Below are positions 56,371-64,000 of a stretch of DNA of 64,000 nt, in pieces. The stretch comes from a virus. Taxonomy: Duplodnaviria > Caudoviricetes. The position numbers and the translations under genes are program-made. The DNA is taken from positions 19,416-83,415 of IMG/VR virus record IMGVR_UViG_2850126897_000005. The stretch is one strand, 5' to 3'. Below the pieces are notes generated by a model that was not told where the DNA came from, made no database searches, and saw nothing but the letters and a program-made list of their open reading frames with translations. Position 1 is the first letter of the stretch, and the number at the start of each line of letters is the position of its first letter.

Positions 56371-57675
56371 ATGTCATCAGTCATTACCCTTGAATTTGAG
56401 CACTACAAAGCGCAGGAAGCCGCAACAGGTAAGCCCATCATTTTAGATGAATTTGTGTTTGCCTTAGTGCCAAATTTAGACCCAAAGAAACCCATTGAAC
56501 GTACTGAACAACTGCCCGATGCCAAACATATCGTGCACCGCCAAGTAATTAATAAAGCGGGATTAGTCAGCGAAAATGCGGTGGCTTACAGCGTGACGTT
56601 GGGCACGGAAATCGGTGATTTCGAATTTAACTGGATTGGGCTGTTGAACAAGGCTAACAATTCCGTGGCGATGATCACCCATGCCCCGACACAAAAGAAA
56701 CTGCGCACGCAAGGTGGCCAACAGGGCAACGTCTTAACCCGCTCATTTTTACTGGAATTTGACGGGGCGGCCAAAGATACCGCCATTAATACCACCGCAG
56801 AAACGTGGCAAATTGATTTTACGGCTCGCTTAACGGGGATCGATGAAGCGCAGCGTCTCATTAATACCGACAGCTACGGTGAGGCGGCTTTTTTTGGCTC
56901 TGCCTTTGAAGTCACTCGCGATGGTGAACAATTTACCGTGAATAGCGGTTTAGCCTATGTGGGCGGTTTGCGTGGTGAGCTAGCTAAAAGCCAAGTGTTT
57001 AATAAACTGCGTGATACGCACATTTATGCGGATTTCAGCTATCAAGGTAACTTACTTAGCCAATGGCAAACGGTGGTTAAACTTACCACGGGCAACCAAC
57101 TCAAACACTATGTGGATAGCCACGGATATGCCCATTTTGTATTTGCCATCGCGGCGATTGATAAAACAGGGGTTATCACCGATTTGCGCCCACAAGGGGC
57201 GAAATGGGAACAAAGCATCGCGCAAATCAAACAGCAATATGCGCTAAAAAGTGAGATGAAATCATGGCGCTATGTTGCCAAAGGCAATGAAACAACCCTC
57301 ACCCCAAACGAGGTATTTCATCGCTGTTTGCTGTTTATTAATGGCCTTGAGCAATACGCCAATTATTCTTTTGCCGTTGAAAACAATACGGTTTATTTAG
57401 CCGAGCCGTTGCTAAAAGACGACCACATTGAGGTACTGATTAATGTGCCGGTGATTAGCCCACGTGCATTACATGCCGGTTCTGAAACTGATGTGTTACG
57501 CAATGAAGTGGAGGCGCTCAGAACCACGGTGAAGAACTTGAAGGGAAAGGATTTTATTAGCGCGGACAGCCAGAACTTAGCGGCCATCGGCTCTGATGAA
57601 AACATTTTTATTTCAGAAAAACAGTTGCAGCACATTCACAACATTGAAGTCGAAACCACCATAAAAGGGAAATAG
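56371..57675 (+). CDS. Tail fibre anchor protein (tail-collar N-terminal domain), no distal tip domain
   Basis: GDFEFNWIGL and WQIDFTARL N-terminal motifs; ends in a beta-domain and short coil. Confidence 0.8.
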   Translation: MSSVITLEFEHYKAQEAATGKPIILDEFVFALVPNLDPKKPIERTEQLPDAKHIVHRQVINKAGLVSENAVAYSVTLGTEIGDFEFNWIGLLNKANNSVAMITHAPTQKKLRTQGGQQGNVLTRSFLLEFDGAAKDTAINTTAETWQIDFTARLTGIDEAQRLINTDSYGEAAFFGSAFEVTRDGEQFTVNSGLAYVGGLRGELAKSQVFNKLRDTHIYADFSYQGNLLSQWQTVVKLTTGNQLKHYVDSHGYAHFVFAIAAIDKTGVITDLRPQGAKWEQSIAQIKQQYALKSEMKSWRYVAKGNETTLTPNEVFHRCLLFINGLEQYANYSFAVENNTVYLAEPLLKDDHIEVLINVPVISPRALHAGSETDVLRNEVEALRTTVKNLKGKDFISADSQNLAAIGSDENIFISEKQLQHIHNIEVETTIKGK

Positions 57676-57680
57676 CGAAC

Positions 57681-57953
57681 ATGGCAATTAAACGCACGAT
57701 CACACTGAATTTTAAAACCTCTGACGGTAAAACCTTACCCGTATCTTTTGATGTAAGCGACGGTGAATCCGCCTTTGAGGTCTGGAAAAAACTGCCAGGG
57801 AATGCAGCCAAAACAGAGGCGCAATTTTTTGCCGAACAAAAAGGCACTGATGGCAAGAACGGCACCAATGGTGCAGATGGTAAAAACGGAAGTAATGGTG
57901 CACAAGGTGCCAGTATCGTCAGCGTCTCAGTCCAAGTTAAAGAGAATCCGTGA
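57681..57953 (+). CDS. 90-aa collagen-like fibre subunit
   Basis: GESAFEVW...KG followed by eight G-X-Y triplets. Confidence 0.72.
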   Translation: MAIKRTITLNFKTSDGKTLPVSFDVSDGESAFEVWKKLPGNAAKTEAQFFAEQKGTDGKNGTNGADGKNGSNGAQGASIVSVSVQVKENP

Positions 57954-57961
57954 GGTGATGC

Positions 57962-58267
57962 ATGGCGAAAGGTCGCACGGTCACACTGACGTTTAAAAAT
58001 AGTGCTGGCACTAACTTGCCACCTGTTTCTTTCGTCGTCAATGACGGGGAAAAAGGCGATAACGCCCATATTCAGGTGACGTCCATTATTCCCACAATTA
58101 AAGGTGGTGAAACGTCATTTAGCATCGGCAATGTGGCCGTGTTATCTGTGCAAATTAATGGCATCACTCAGCCCCAAGGCTATGCGTACACCGTGGAAGG
58201 AACCACATTGTATTTGGCCGAAGCCTTAAAAAATGGCGATTTTATTTCTATTGAGGTAACAAAATGA
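57962..58267 (+). CDS. 101-aa fibre adaptor-like protein
   Basis: N-terminus similar to 57681 ORF, C-terminus similar to a domain of the 56371 ORF; GAGGTG SD. Confidence 0.7.
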   Translation: MAKGRTVTLTFKNSAGTNLPPVSFVVNDGEKGDNAHIQVTSIIPTIKGGETSFSIGNVAVLSVQINGITQPQGYAYTVEGTTLYLAEALKNGDFISIEVTK

Positions 58268-58836
58268 GTAAACCAACAGGGAAGTTGATCCGATTAACCG
58301 CAGGGAATGTCGGTGCGGTGCCCGTCGGACGAAAAGTGAATAATAAACCGCTAAGTGCGGATATTTCGTTAAGTGCGGGGGATGTGGGGGCGTATAGCAA
58401 AACAGAAACGGATAACAAAGTTGCGGATGCAAAAAAAGCAGGCACCGACGCACAAACTAAAGCCAATGCCGCCAATACTGCCGCAACCAATGCCAATAAT
58501 AATGCCAATGGCCGTGTGCCAAGTGGCCGTAAAGTGAATGGTAAACCGTTAACGTCGGATATTACGTTAGGTGCGGGGGATGTGGGGGCGTACACCAAAG
58601 CAGAAACAGACAGCAAAATATCTATGTCATCGAATGGAGCCGTGATGAATATTCGAAGAGGAGCTTCAGTTAATCCACCTAAACAAAATGAATATGGACC
58701 AAAAGAAAGTCCGGCTGGTTGTATTGTTACGAGTGTTAGGCACGACCCGACAACATCTTATGGGATATTTTTTACTTACAGACCGCTTCAAATATTAGTT
58801 AACGGAGCGTGGAAAACACTTGCGGGAGATGCGTAA
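58264..58836 (+). CDS. Distal tail fibre protein
   Basis: Two RKVNxKPLxxDIxLxAGDVGAY repeats (198-bp period); C-terminal [12 protein letters not shown] motif. Confidence 0.8.
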   Translation: MSKPTGKLIRLTAGNVGAVPVGRKVNNKPLSADISLSAGDVGAYSKTETDNKVADAKKAGTDAQTKANAANTAATNANNNANGRVPSGRKVNGKPLTSDITLGAGDVGAYTKAETDSKISMSSNGAVMNIRRGASVNPPKQNEYGPKESPAGCIVTSVRHDPTTSYGIFFTYRPLQILVNGAWKTLAGDA

Positions 58837-59345
58837 TGCAATTAAATAATTTTATACAATACATACCTAACGATGAGAAAAAAATTCAAAATATCCAATA
58901 TTTCATTTCTGATAATGGTATTGATTTTTATGAATCATTTGAAAAATTCAAACTAAAATATAAGATTGGTTTTGATAAACAAGGAATTATTAGAACCGTT
59001 TCTGAAGATATATCCGCTATCTACCCTTTAGATTTGAGTATTGTAGATGTTGCTTCTCTACCCGATAATTTCGATATAGATGGGCAATGGATATTTGAAA
59101 ATGGAGAGATAAAACAATATATATTCACATTAGAAGAAGTTATTTTTTTCGCCAACCAACAAAAAAAGACTCTATTGGATAAAGCAGCAGCAATCATAGC
59201 TCCTTATCAAGACGCCATAGATTTAGGTATTGCCACTGATAAAGAGCTCAAACAGTTAAACGCTTGGAAACAGTATCGCGTTGATTTAAATCGCATTGAC
59301 ACTGCAACCGCCCCCGATATTGCATGGCCAGAGAAACCTCAATGA
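58836..59345 (+). CDS. Tail fibre assembly chaperone
   Basis: [13 protein letters not shown]...[12 protein letters not shown]...WPEKP motif. Confidence 0.88.
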   Translation: MQLNNFIQYIPNDEKKIQNIQYFISDNGIDFYESFEKFKLKYKIGFDKQGIIRTVSEDISAIYPLDLSIVDVASLPDNFDIDGQWIFENGEIKQYIFTLEEVIFFANQQKKTLLDKAAAIIAPYQDAIDLGIATDKELKQLNAWKQYRVDLNRIDTATAPDIAWPEKPQ

Positions 59346-60088
59346 CCGATCAACGTTATCAGTGGCGTCAACAAAACATGAAAATGGCGGCAGGTTTGCC
59401 GCCGATCACCTGTTCTATTTTGCCTGTGCATCCGTTTATTTATGGCATCGGGCAAACGAATAGCTCAGGCAGCTATCTCAGCCCCACCAATGCGATTAAC
59501 CATTTAGCGGACAAGCTTACTGGCGCAGGCCATGTTTCGGTATTAGTACTGATGGTGACAGGGAAGTCATTTGCCGAATTTATGCAGCAATTATCGGCTT
59601 TTTCGGCGGTATTTCCACTGCCTGTTTTTGCCCAAGTCGAGAGGATGGCCAGAACGGCACACACGCTGGCCACCACAAAAATGCAATTGCCAGGGAAAAT
59701 GGCAGGCGGCTTACCTTTGCCACAATCCCTATCAACGACGACCAGCCGTATGGCGTCTAACGCACAGTTAATTGAAGCGGCAAAAGCAGCGGCAAGCCAG
59801 CCTAGCGGGTTGGATAGCATGAAATCGGCACTGTCGGATTTCAGCCAACAAAAAGACAATGCCTTAAAGCAGATGAGTGATGCCCTAAACGGACTTTTAG
59901 GCCAATCAGCGACCGTTTGGGCATTTGCAGGCACAGATGATGCCAGCATTTTGGCCGATAAAATGCGAAAAAACATTCCTGAGCCCGACGCAATATTTAC
60001 CCTCGCCACCTTATTTGTCGGCATTGAAATTCACGCTTTAACAAGGATGTTAAATGACACAGACCATCACCCTTGCCCTAAACGGTGA
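59342..60088 (+). CDS. HP1-type tail/baseplate protein
   Basis: Synteny; SYLSPTNAI motif. Confidence 0.65.
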   Translation: MTDQRYQWRQQNMKMAAGLPPITCSILPVHPFIYGIGQTNSSGSYLSPTNAINHLADKLTGAGHVSVLVLMVTGKSFAEFMQQLSAFSAVFPLPVFAQVERMARTAHTLATTKMQLPGKMAGGLPLPQSLSTTTSRMASNAQLIEAAKAAASQPSGLDSMKSALSDFSQQKDNALKQMSDALNGLLGQSATVWAFAGTDDASILADKMRKNIPEPDAIFTLATLFVGIEIHALTRMLNDTDHHPCPKR

Positions 60089-60593
60089 AGCCATCCCACT
60101 GAAAAACTTGGCCGTAACGCCCAGTATGATGTTTCAGGACAAAGACCAATCGGGGCAATCCTCCAGTACGGCCGTGGCAGAGCAAGGCATTAAGCCCAAA
60201 GAGCTGCGCATCACGGGGATTTTGCCTTTTACGGAACACAAGGCGTTTTCACGCCTTTTTGCGTTAGCGGAAGCCAAAGAAAACGGCAATTTAAAGCGCT
60301 ATCGTGTGGCCAATTTGACGGCTCAAGCGATTAATTTTCGCATCGGTACATTCACCAATTCCATTGATGCCAGCAAAATTGAAGGGAAACAGGCGTGGCA
60401 AATTACTTTTACCTTGCGTGAGCATTTATCCGTTTCAGAAAAACGCGAAGCTCGCGCTAACAGTAAAGTGGCCAGCAAAACACAAGGGGGCAGTGCAACA
60501 AAAGGCGCTCAATCAGGGGCATCCGATGAAACCGAGCAATTAACCTGGTTTGAAGAAAAAGTGTTAAAACCGATTAACGATTCGTTGGAGTAA
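60054..60593 (+). CDS. HP1-type baseplate protein
   Basis: DQSGQSSSTAVAEQGIKPKEL motif. Confidence 0.7.
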   Translation: MTQTITLALNGEAIPLKNLAVTPSMMFQDKDQSGQSSSTAVAEQGIKPKELRITGILPFTEHKAFSRLFALAEAKENGNLKRYRVANLTAQAINFRIGTFTNSIDASKIEGKQAWQITFTLREHLSVSEKREARANSKVASKTQGGSATKGAQSGASDETEQLTWFEEKVLKPINDSLE

Positions 60594-60598
60594 AGGGA

Positions 60599-62272
60599 AT
60601 GAAACCCATCAATCGACTGTATTTATCCGGTGATGAAATTCAAGTCACCGATATCAACATTATGTTAGAGCTCTCTGCCGCAGGTCGCGGCTTTGTAACC
60701 GTGAAAACCGATGAGGACTACACAGGCAAATTAGTGCGCCTCGATGTCGGTTATCCCGAATTATTATTGCGTTATTTCACAGGGTTTGTGGAGCGCTCGC
60801 AGCCCTCAGCCAACGGGTTTCAACGGCTATTTATTCGTGAACTGGTTGGCGTGTTTGAACGTGAATGGCCATGTTCTTTTCAGCATCCCACTTTGCGCAC
60901 TATTGCCGAACACCTGCAAAAAGAAAGCGGCTTAACCTTTCAATTACCTGATGCGCCTTATGTGAATGAGCCTATTCCTCACTTTACCCACAGCGGCACG
61001 GGCTATCAGTTATTGGCCAACTTAGGGCATGTGTTCAATATTGATGACTATGTGTGGCATCAGCTCCCTAATGGCCATGTGTATGTGGGCAGTTGGCCAC
61101 ATTCGCTATTTGCCAATAAACCCGTAGAAATTCCCAATGAATTTGCCAACTCGCAGGCAGGTGGGAACAGTATGACCATTCCGATGGTGCAATCATTAAG
61201 ACCAGGCGTAAATACCAACGGCAAACGCCTGCACAAAGTGAACCTTATCAATGAAGATATGGCGCTCACGTGGGCAGTCATCAATAAAATCACTGGAAAA
61301 CCCGCTAACAAGAGCCCCGTTCAAAACCAAATCGACAATGCCTATCCTGAATTGGCCGCAGGTTTACACCTACCAAAAACTGCCCGTATCGAAGCCCATA
61401 GTGAGCCCGTTCGTGCCGGTGATATTTCTGACCCGTACCGCCCACGCTATGCGGTGGATGTGCAATTATTGGATGCTGACGGGAACCCATCCAGCGCCCC
61501 AATTTACCGTGCGGTACCATTGCCGCTGCCAATGGCAGGGGGCGAGAGTGGCTTATTCCAATATCCCCCCGTGGGTACCGTCGTGGAAATTGCCTTTGAA
61601 GGTGGCCGACCTGATAAGCCATTTATTCGCCAAACTCTTAGCCAGGGAAACTCGCTACCCGATATCCAAGCAGGGGAACAATTGCAGCAACAGCGCCAAG
61701 AGGTTTCCCAGCGCATTACGCGAGATGGTAGCTGGCAACGGCAAACTGACCAGACCATTAGTGAGTCATCCATGCATCGACAAGTTACCGCAGACACCGA
61801 ACAGCGCACCTTAGTCACCCGAGACACCACGATTCAAGCCACCGATAAAACGATGGTGCTTGGCACTGCAACATTACTGGCAGGCGCTATCCAGCAAATA
61901 GCCGATGGTGATTACAGCATTGCATCAAAGGGCAGCTTTGTAGCCAGCATCGGCAAAAAAGCAGAGATTGATATTACCGAAGATATCACACTCACCATTG
62001 GCCAAAAGCTGATTGAAAAGGTTGGCGCACTGAAGCAAAGCATCGCAGGCACCAAACAAGAAATCATTGCACCGGTTGTTTGGATTGGTAGCCAAGAAAT
62101 TAATGTGGCGCAACTGATGATTGATACATTGGATATTGTGAAAGAGTTGGCCGAACTCACCGCCAACCACAGCCACCACAACACAGGAGCGCCATTGAAT
62201 GCCAATGCCATCAAAGGCACAGCAAATAAATCAGATGGCTTGAAAGAAAAGTATCAGCCAGTTATTGGTTAA
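60599..62272 (+). CDS. Baseplate hub-spike protein
   Basis: RPRYAVDVQLLD, beta-helix-like repeats, C-terminal HSH tip. Confidence 0.75.
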   Translation: MKPINRLYLSGDEIQVTDINIMLELSAAGRGFVTVKTDEDYTGKLVRLDVGYPELLLRYFTGFVERSQPSANGFQRLFIRELVGVFEREWPCSFQHPTLRTIAEHLQKESGLTFQLPDAPYVNEPIPHFTHSGTGYQLLANLGHVFNIDDYVWHQLPNGHVYVGSWPHSLFANKPVEIPNEFANSQAGGNSMTIPMVQSLRPGVNTNGKRLHKVNLINEDMALTWAVINKITGKPANKSPVQNQIDNAYPELAAGLHLPKTARIEAHSEPVRAGDISDPYRPRYAVDVQLLDADGNPSSAPIYRAVPLPLPMAGGESGLFQYPPVGTVVEIAFEGGRPDKPFIRQTLSQGNSLPDIQAGEQLQQQRQEVSQRITRDGSWQRQTDQTISESSMHRQVTADTEQRTLVTRDTTIQATDKTMVLGTATLLAGAIQQIADGDYSIASKGSFVASIGKKAEIDITEDITLTIGQKLIEKVGALKQSIAGTKQEIIAPVVWIGSQEINVAQLMIDTLDIVKELAELTANHSHHNTGAPLNANAIKGTANKSDGLKEKYQPVIG

Positions 62273-62293
62273 TAAAGTTTTAGTCCAACTCTT

Positions 62294-62315
62294 GCCCACA
62301 GCCGTGGGCTTTTTT
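62294..62315 (+). terminator. Late-operon terminator
   Basis: GCCCAC-agcc-GTGGGC followed by T6. Confidence 0.8.
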
Positions 62316-62388
62316 ATACCTGTAATTTAACAGCGTGTAAGCTACTCTCAGAACACCAACCATCAAACCACATTAATCAACCTTTTAT

Positions 62389-62741
62389 TTGGATCATATC
62401 AACAGCATGGCGCAGATGCAGCGCTACCCCACGAAATAAAGTCCTCTACCACGTAAAATGCACTACACCGCACCCGCCTGCGCGTTTTGGATCATAAAAT
62501 TATTTCAGTTTTAAAATTCTACAAACTATATCGCCAAGCCGCGCCAATACTAGGGAGTTGCCGAAAATCTCAAACTGAAATGTGTGCAAAGAATTTCAGG
62601 GAATTTCAGTTTTTGGATCACAAATCAGACCGCGTTAAAAACACAATACAATGAAAAACATAGATAATTTGCATTTTACGTGGAGTTGGTTGGATCACGA
62701 TATCAACCGCATAATTTCAAGAAGTCAGTAACCGTGCGGCT
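62389..62741. repeat. Non-coding repeat array, candidate cos/packaging region
   Basis: 14-bp inverted repeat at 62449/62670, four TTGGATCA copies, ATTTCAG/CTGAAAT motifs. Confidence 0.55.
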
Positions 62742-62909
62742 TGAGAAAAAATGAAATGAGCTATAAAAATATTTGGTAAAACTTAGTGTAACACAGCTTT
62801 ACAACTATAATTTTTAAACAATTAATAATTTCTTGACATATTAGAAAACAATCGTAGTATGAAAATAGTATCAAAACATTATGATTTTACCAATGATGAT
62901 TAGGTTTTA

Positions 62910-63152
62910 ATGAAACATAAAACTAATGGAGGTTTTAACATGTTTTTTAATAATGGGATTCAGAGAAGTTTTAATCGTGCAATGTTTGATCAGATGCCGC
63001 GTAAAGATCAAGATGAGGTGTTACAGCAAATTTATGACTCTGGCTACTCAGTAAAAGATATCGCTAAGACTCTTAACATGAATCCACAAACATTATACTC
63101 CCGCATCGATGCTCACCGTGGTAGGGGAGTCCAGCTGAACCCCAGTAATTAA
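62910..63152 (+). CDS. Stand-alone small HTH protein
   Basis: YSVKDIAKTLNMNPQTLYSRI; TTGACA-N16-TAGTAT at 62833-62860 upstream. Confidence 0.7.
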   Translation: MKHKTNGGFNMFFNNGIQRSFNRAMFDQMPRKDQDEVLQQIYDSGYSVKDIAKTLNMNPQTLYSRIDAHRGRGVQLNPSN

Positions 63153-63170
63153 ATAGTTACCAATATAAAG

Positions 63171-63192
63171 TTAAGGGGGAATGCCCCCTTAA
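63171..63192. terminator. Hairpin between convergent genes
   Basis: TTAAGGGGG-aatg-CCCCCTTAA. Confidence 0.75.
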
Positions 63193-63265
63193 TGTTGTTA
63201 CACTGCTTTGATATCAGCATTACTAACATTTTGACCTAACTGAACTTACAACAGTGAGTAATCGA

Positions 63266-64000
63266 TTATGAAGCATGCGACATAGCTTCTTGCATAAAAA
63301 CTTCGTGTGATAAGGATTCATTCATAATCATAAAGTCAGTAAAGTTAGCAAGGTGAGTAAAAAATTCATGATTAGAATTTTCGTCTACCATGCAGCAAAA
63401 CCAAAATCTTCTCTCCGCATCAATACTATCTTTTATTATTGCCCTTGCAATATCATTTTTGTTTAAATCAGCTATTGAAGATAAAGATCTTAATATGCTA
63501 AGTAATAAATCAGTTTCAGTATTGATTCTACCAATATAATTTATGCTTATAGATTTACAATGTTCTAATACTATCCTATGAGATGTTACTTTATTTTCTA
63601 TGATCCAATTAGCTGTTTCGTGGTTCCGATCGGAAATCATAGTATCAAAATAGCAGTCTACGCTATTACCAAAAGTGGTATTTGCCTTATCTAAAGCTTG
63701 ATTAAAACGCTGACATAGGCTTTCTATCTGGCTTATGCAGTTGTCATCTTTCTGGTTGACTAAGGCATCAAAAGTAGCTTTAGTCATTTTTTGTGTATTC
63801 TTAAGGGTCGCAATCAATACCATCAGAGATACAAAGGACAGTGTAGATGCCAGCAGCACATTTATAATAGTGAAAAGGTTTGACCAATTATCGAATTTTG
63901 AACTATTAAAATCAGCAACGCCTAAGATACCAGTAACCATAAAAAACATTAGGCTAAGAATTAATACGGCTACTAGCGAAAGTAATAATATAGATTTCAT
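63266..64000 (-). CDS. Two-TM cargo protein with soluble C-terminal domain (start may lie outside window)
   Basis: Two N-terminal hydrophobic helices, then coil; AT-rich. Confidence 0.68.
   Translation of the reverse strand: MKSILLLSLVAVLILSLMFFMVTGILGVADFNSSKFDNWSNLFTIINVLLASTLSFVSLMVLIATLKNTQKMTKATFDALVNQKDDNCISQIESLCQRFNQALDKANTTFGNSVDCYFDTMISDRNHETANWIIENKVTSHRIVLEHCKSISINYIGRINTETDLLLSILRSLSSIADLNKNDIARAIIKDSIDAERRFWFCCMVDENSNHEFFTHLANFTDFMIMNESLSHEVFMQEAMSHAS

Larger units (their letters stand above)
32330..64000. mobile_element. P2-family prophage (186-type switch, HP1/K139-type tail); right end just outside window
   Basis: int-cI-apl-cII-repA, divergent portal/terminase versus O-N-M-L, HP1-type tail block; at least 31.6 kb. 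Confidence 0.95.

Noticed and set aside
56371-58836. Fragmented pseudogene of a single tail fibre
   Set aside because: Each piece has an SD and tight spacing or stop/start coupling, and the pieces carry repeated N-terminal domains rather than continuing one another.
62910-63152. Gin/Hin-type invertase with invertible fibre cassette
   Set aside because: No serine-recombinase catalytic domain and no inverted fibre segment in the window.

Overview
The window has no host housekeeping genes. It holds two prophages of an enterobacterium (Morganellaceae-like by impression only) joined at a displaced, one-base-deleted 3' fragment of the tmRNA gene (ssrA, minus strand, 32330-32373). The left element (1-32329, left end outside the window) is the late half of a lambdoid phage with a contractile tail: nin region, Q, lysis cassette, terminase, head, tail, fibre and a gtrABC O-antigen conversion cassette, interrupted by AT-rich cargo genes (HEPN-like fragment, PD-(D/E)XK nuclease, Gly/Ala-rich membrane protein, FRG protein). 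The right element (32330 to beyond 64000) is a nearly complete P2-family prophage with a 186-type int-cI-apl-cII switch, a LexA-boxed tum antirepressor and HP1/K139-type tail genes. Two observations stand out. First, the P2-like phage carries three diverged paralogues of one unrecognised 3-TM membrane protein family sharing the motif N-I-H-R-T-I-Q-T; one follows int and two are a coupled pair in the repA-portal cargo hotspot, making a candidate anti-phage or exclusion system. Second, its tail fibre is split into several small genes, each with its own ribosome-binding site, that share duplicated domains. Family names come from motif recognition and gene order; no database search was run.
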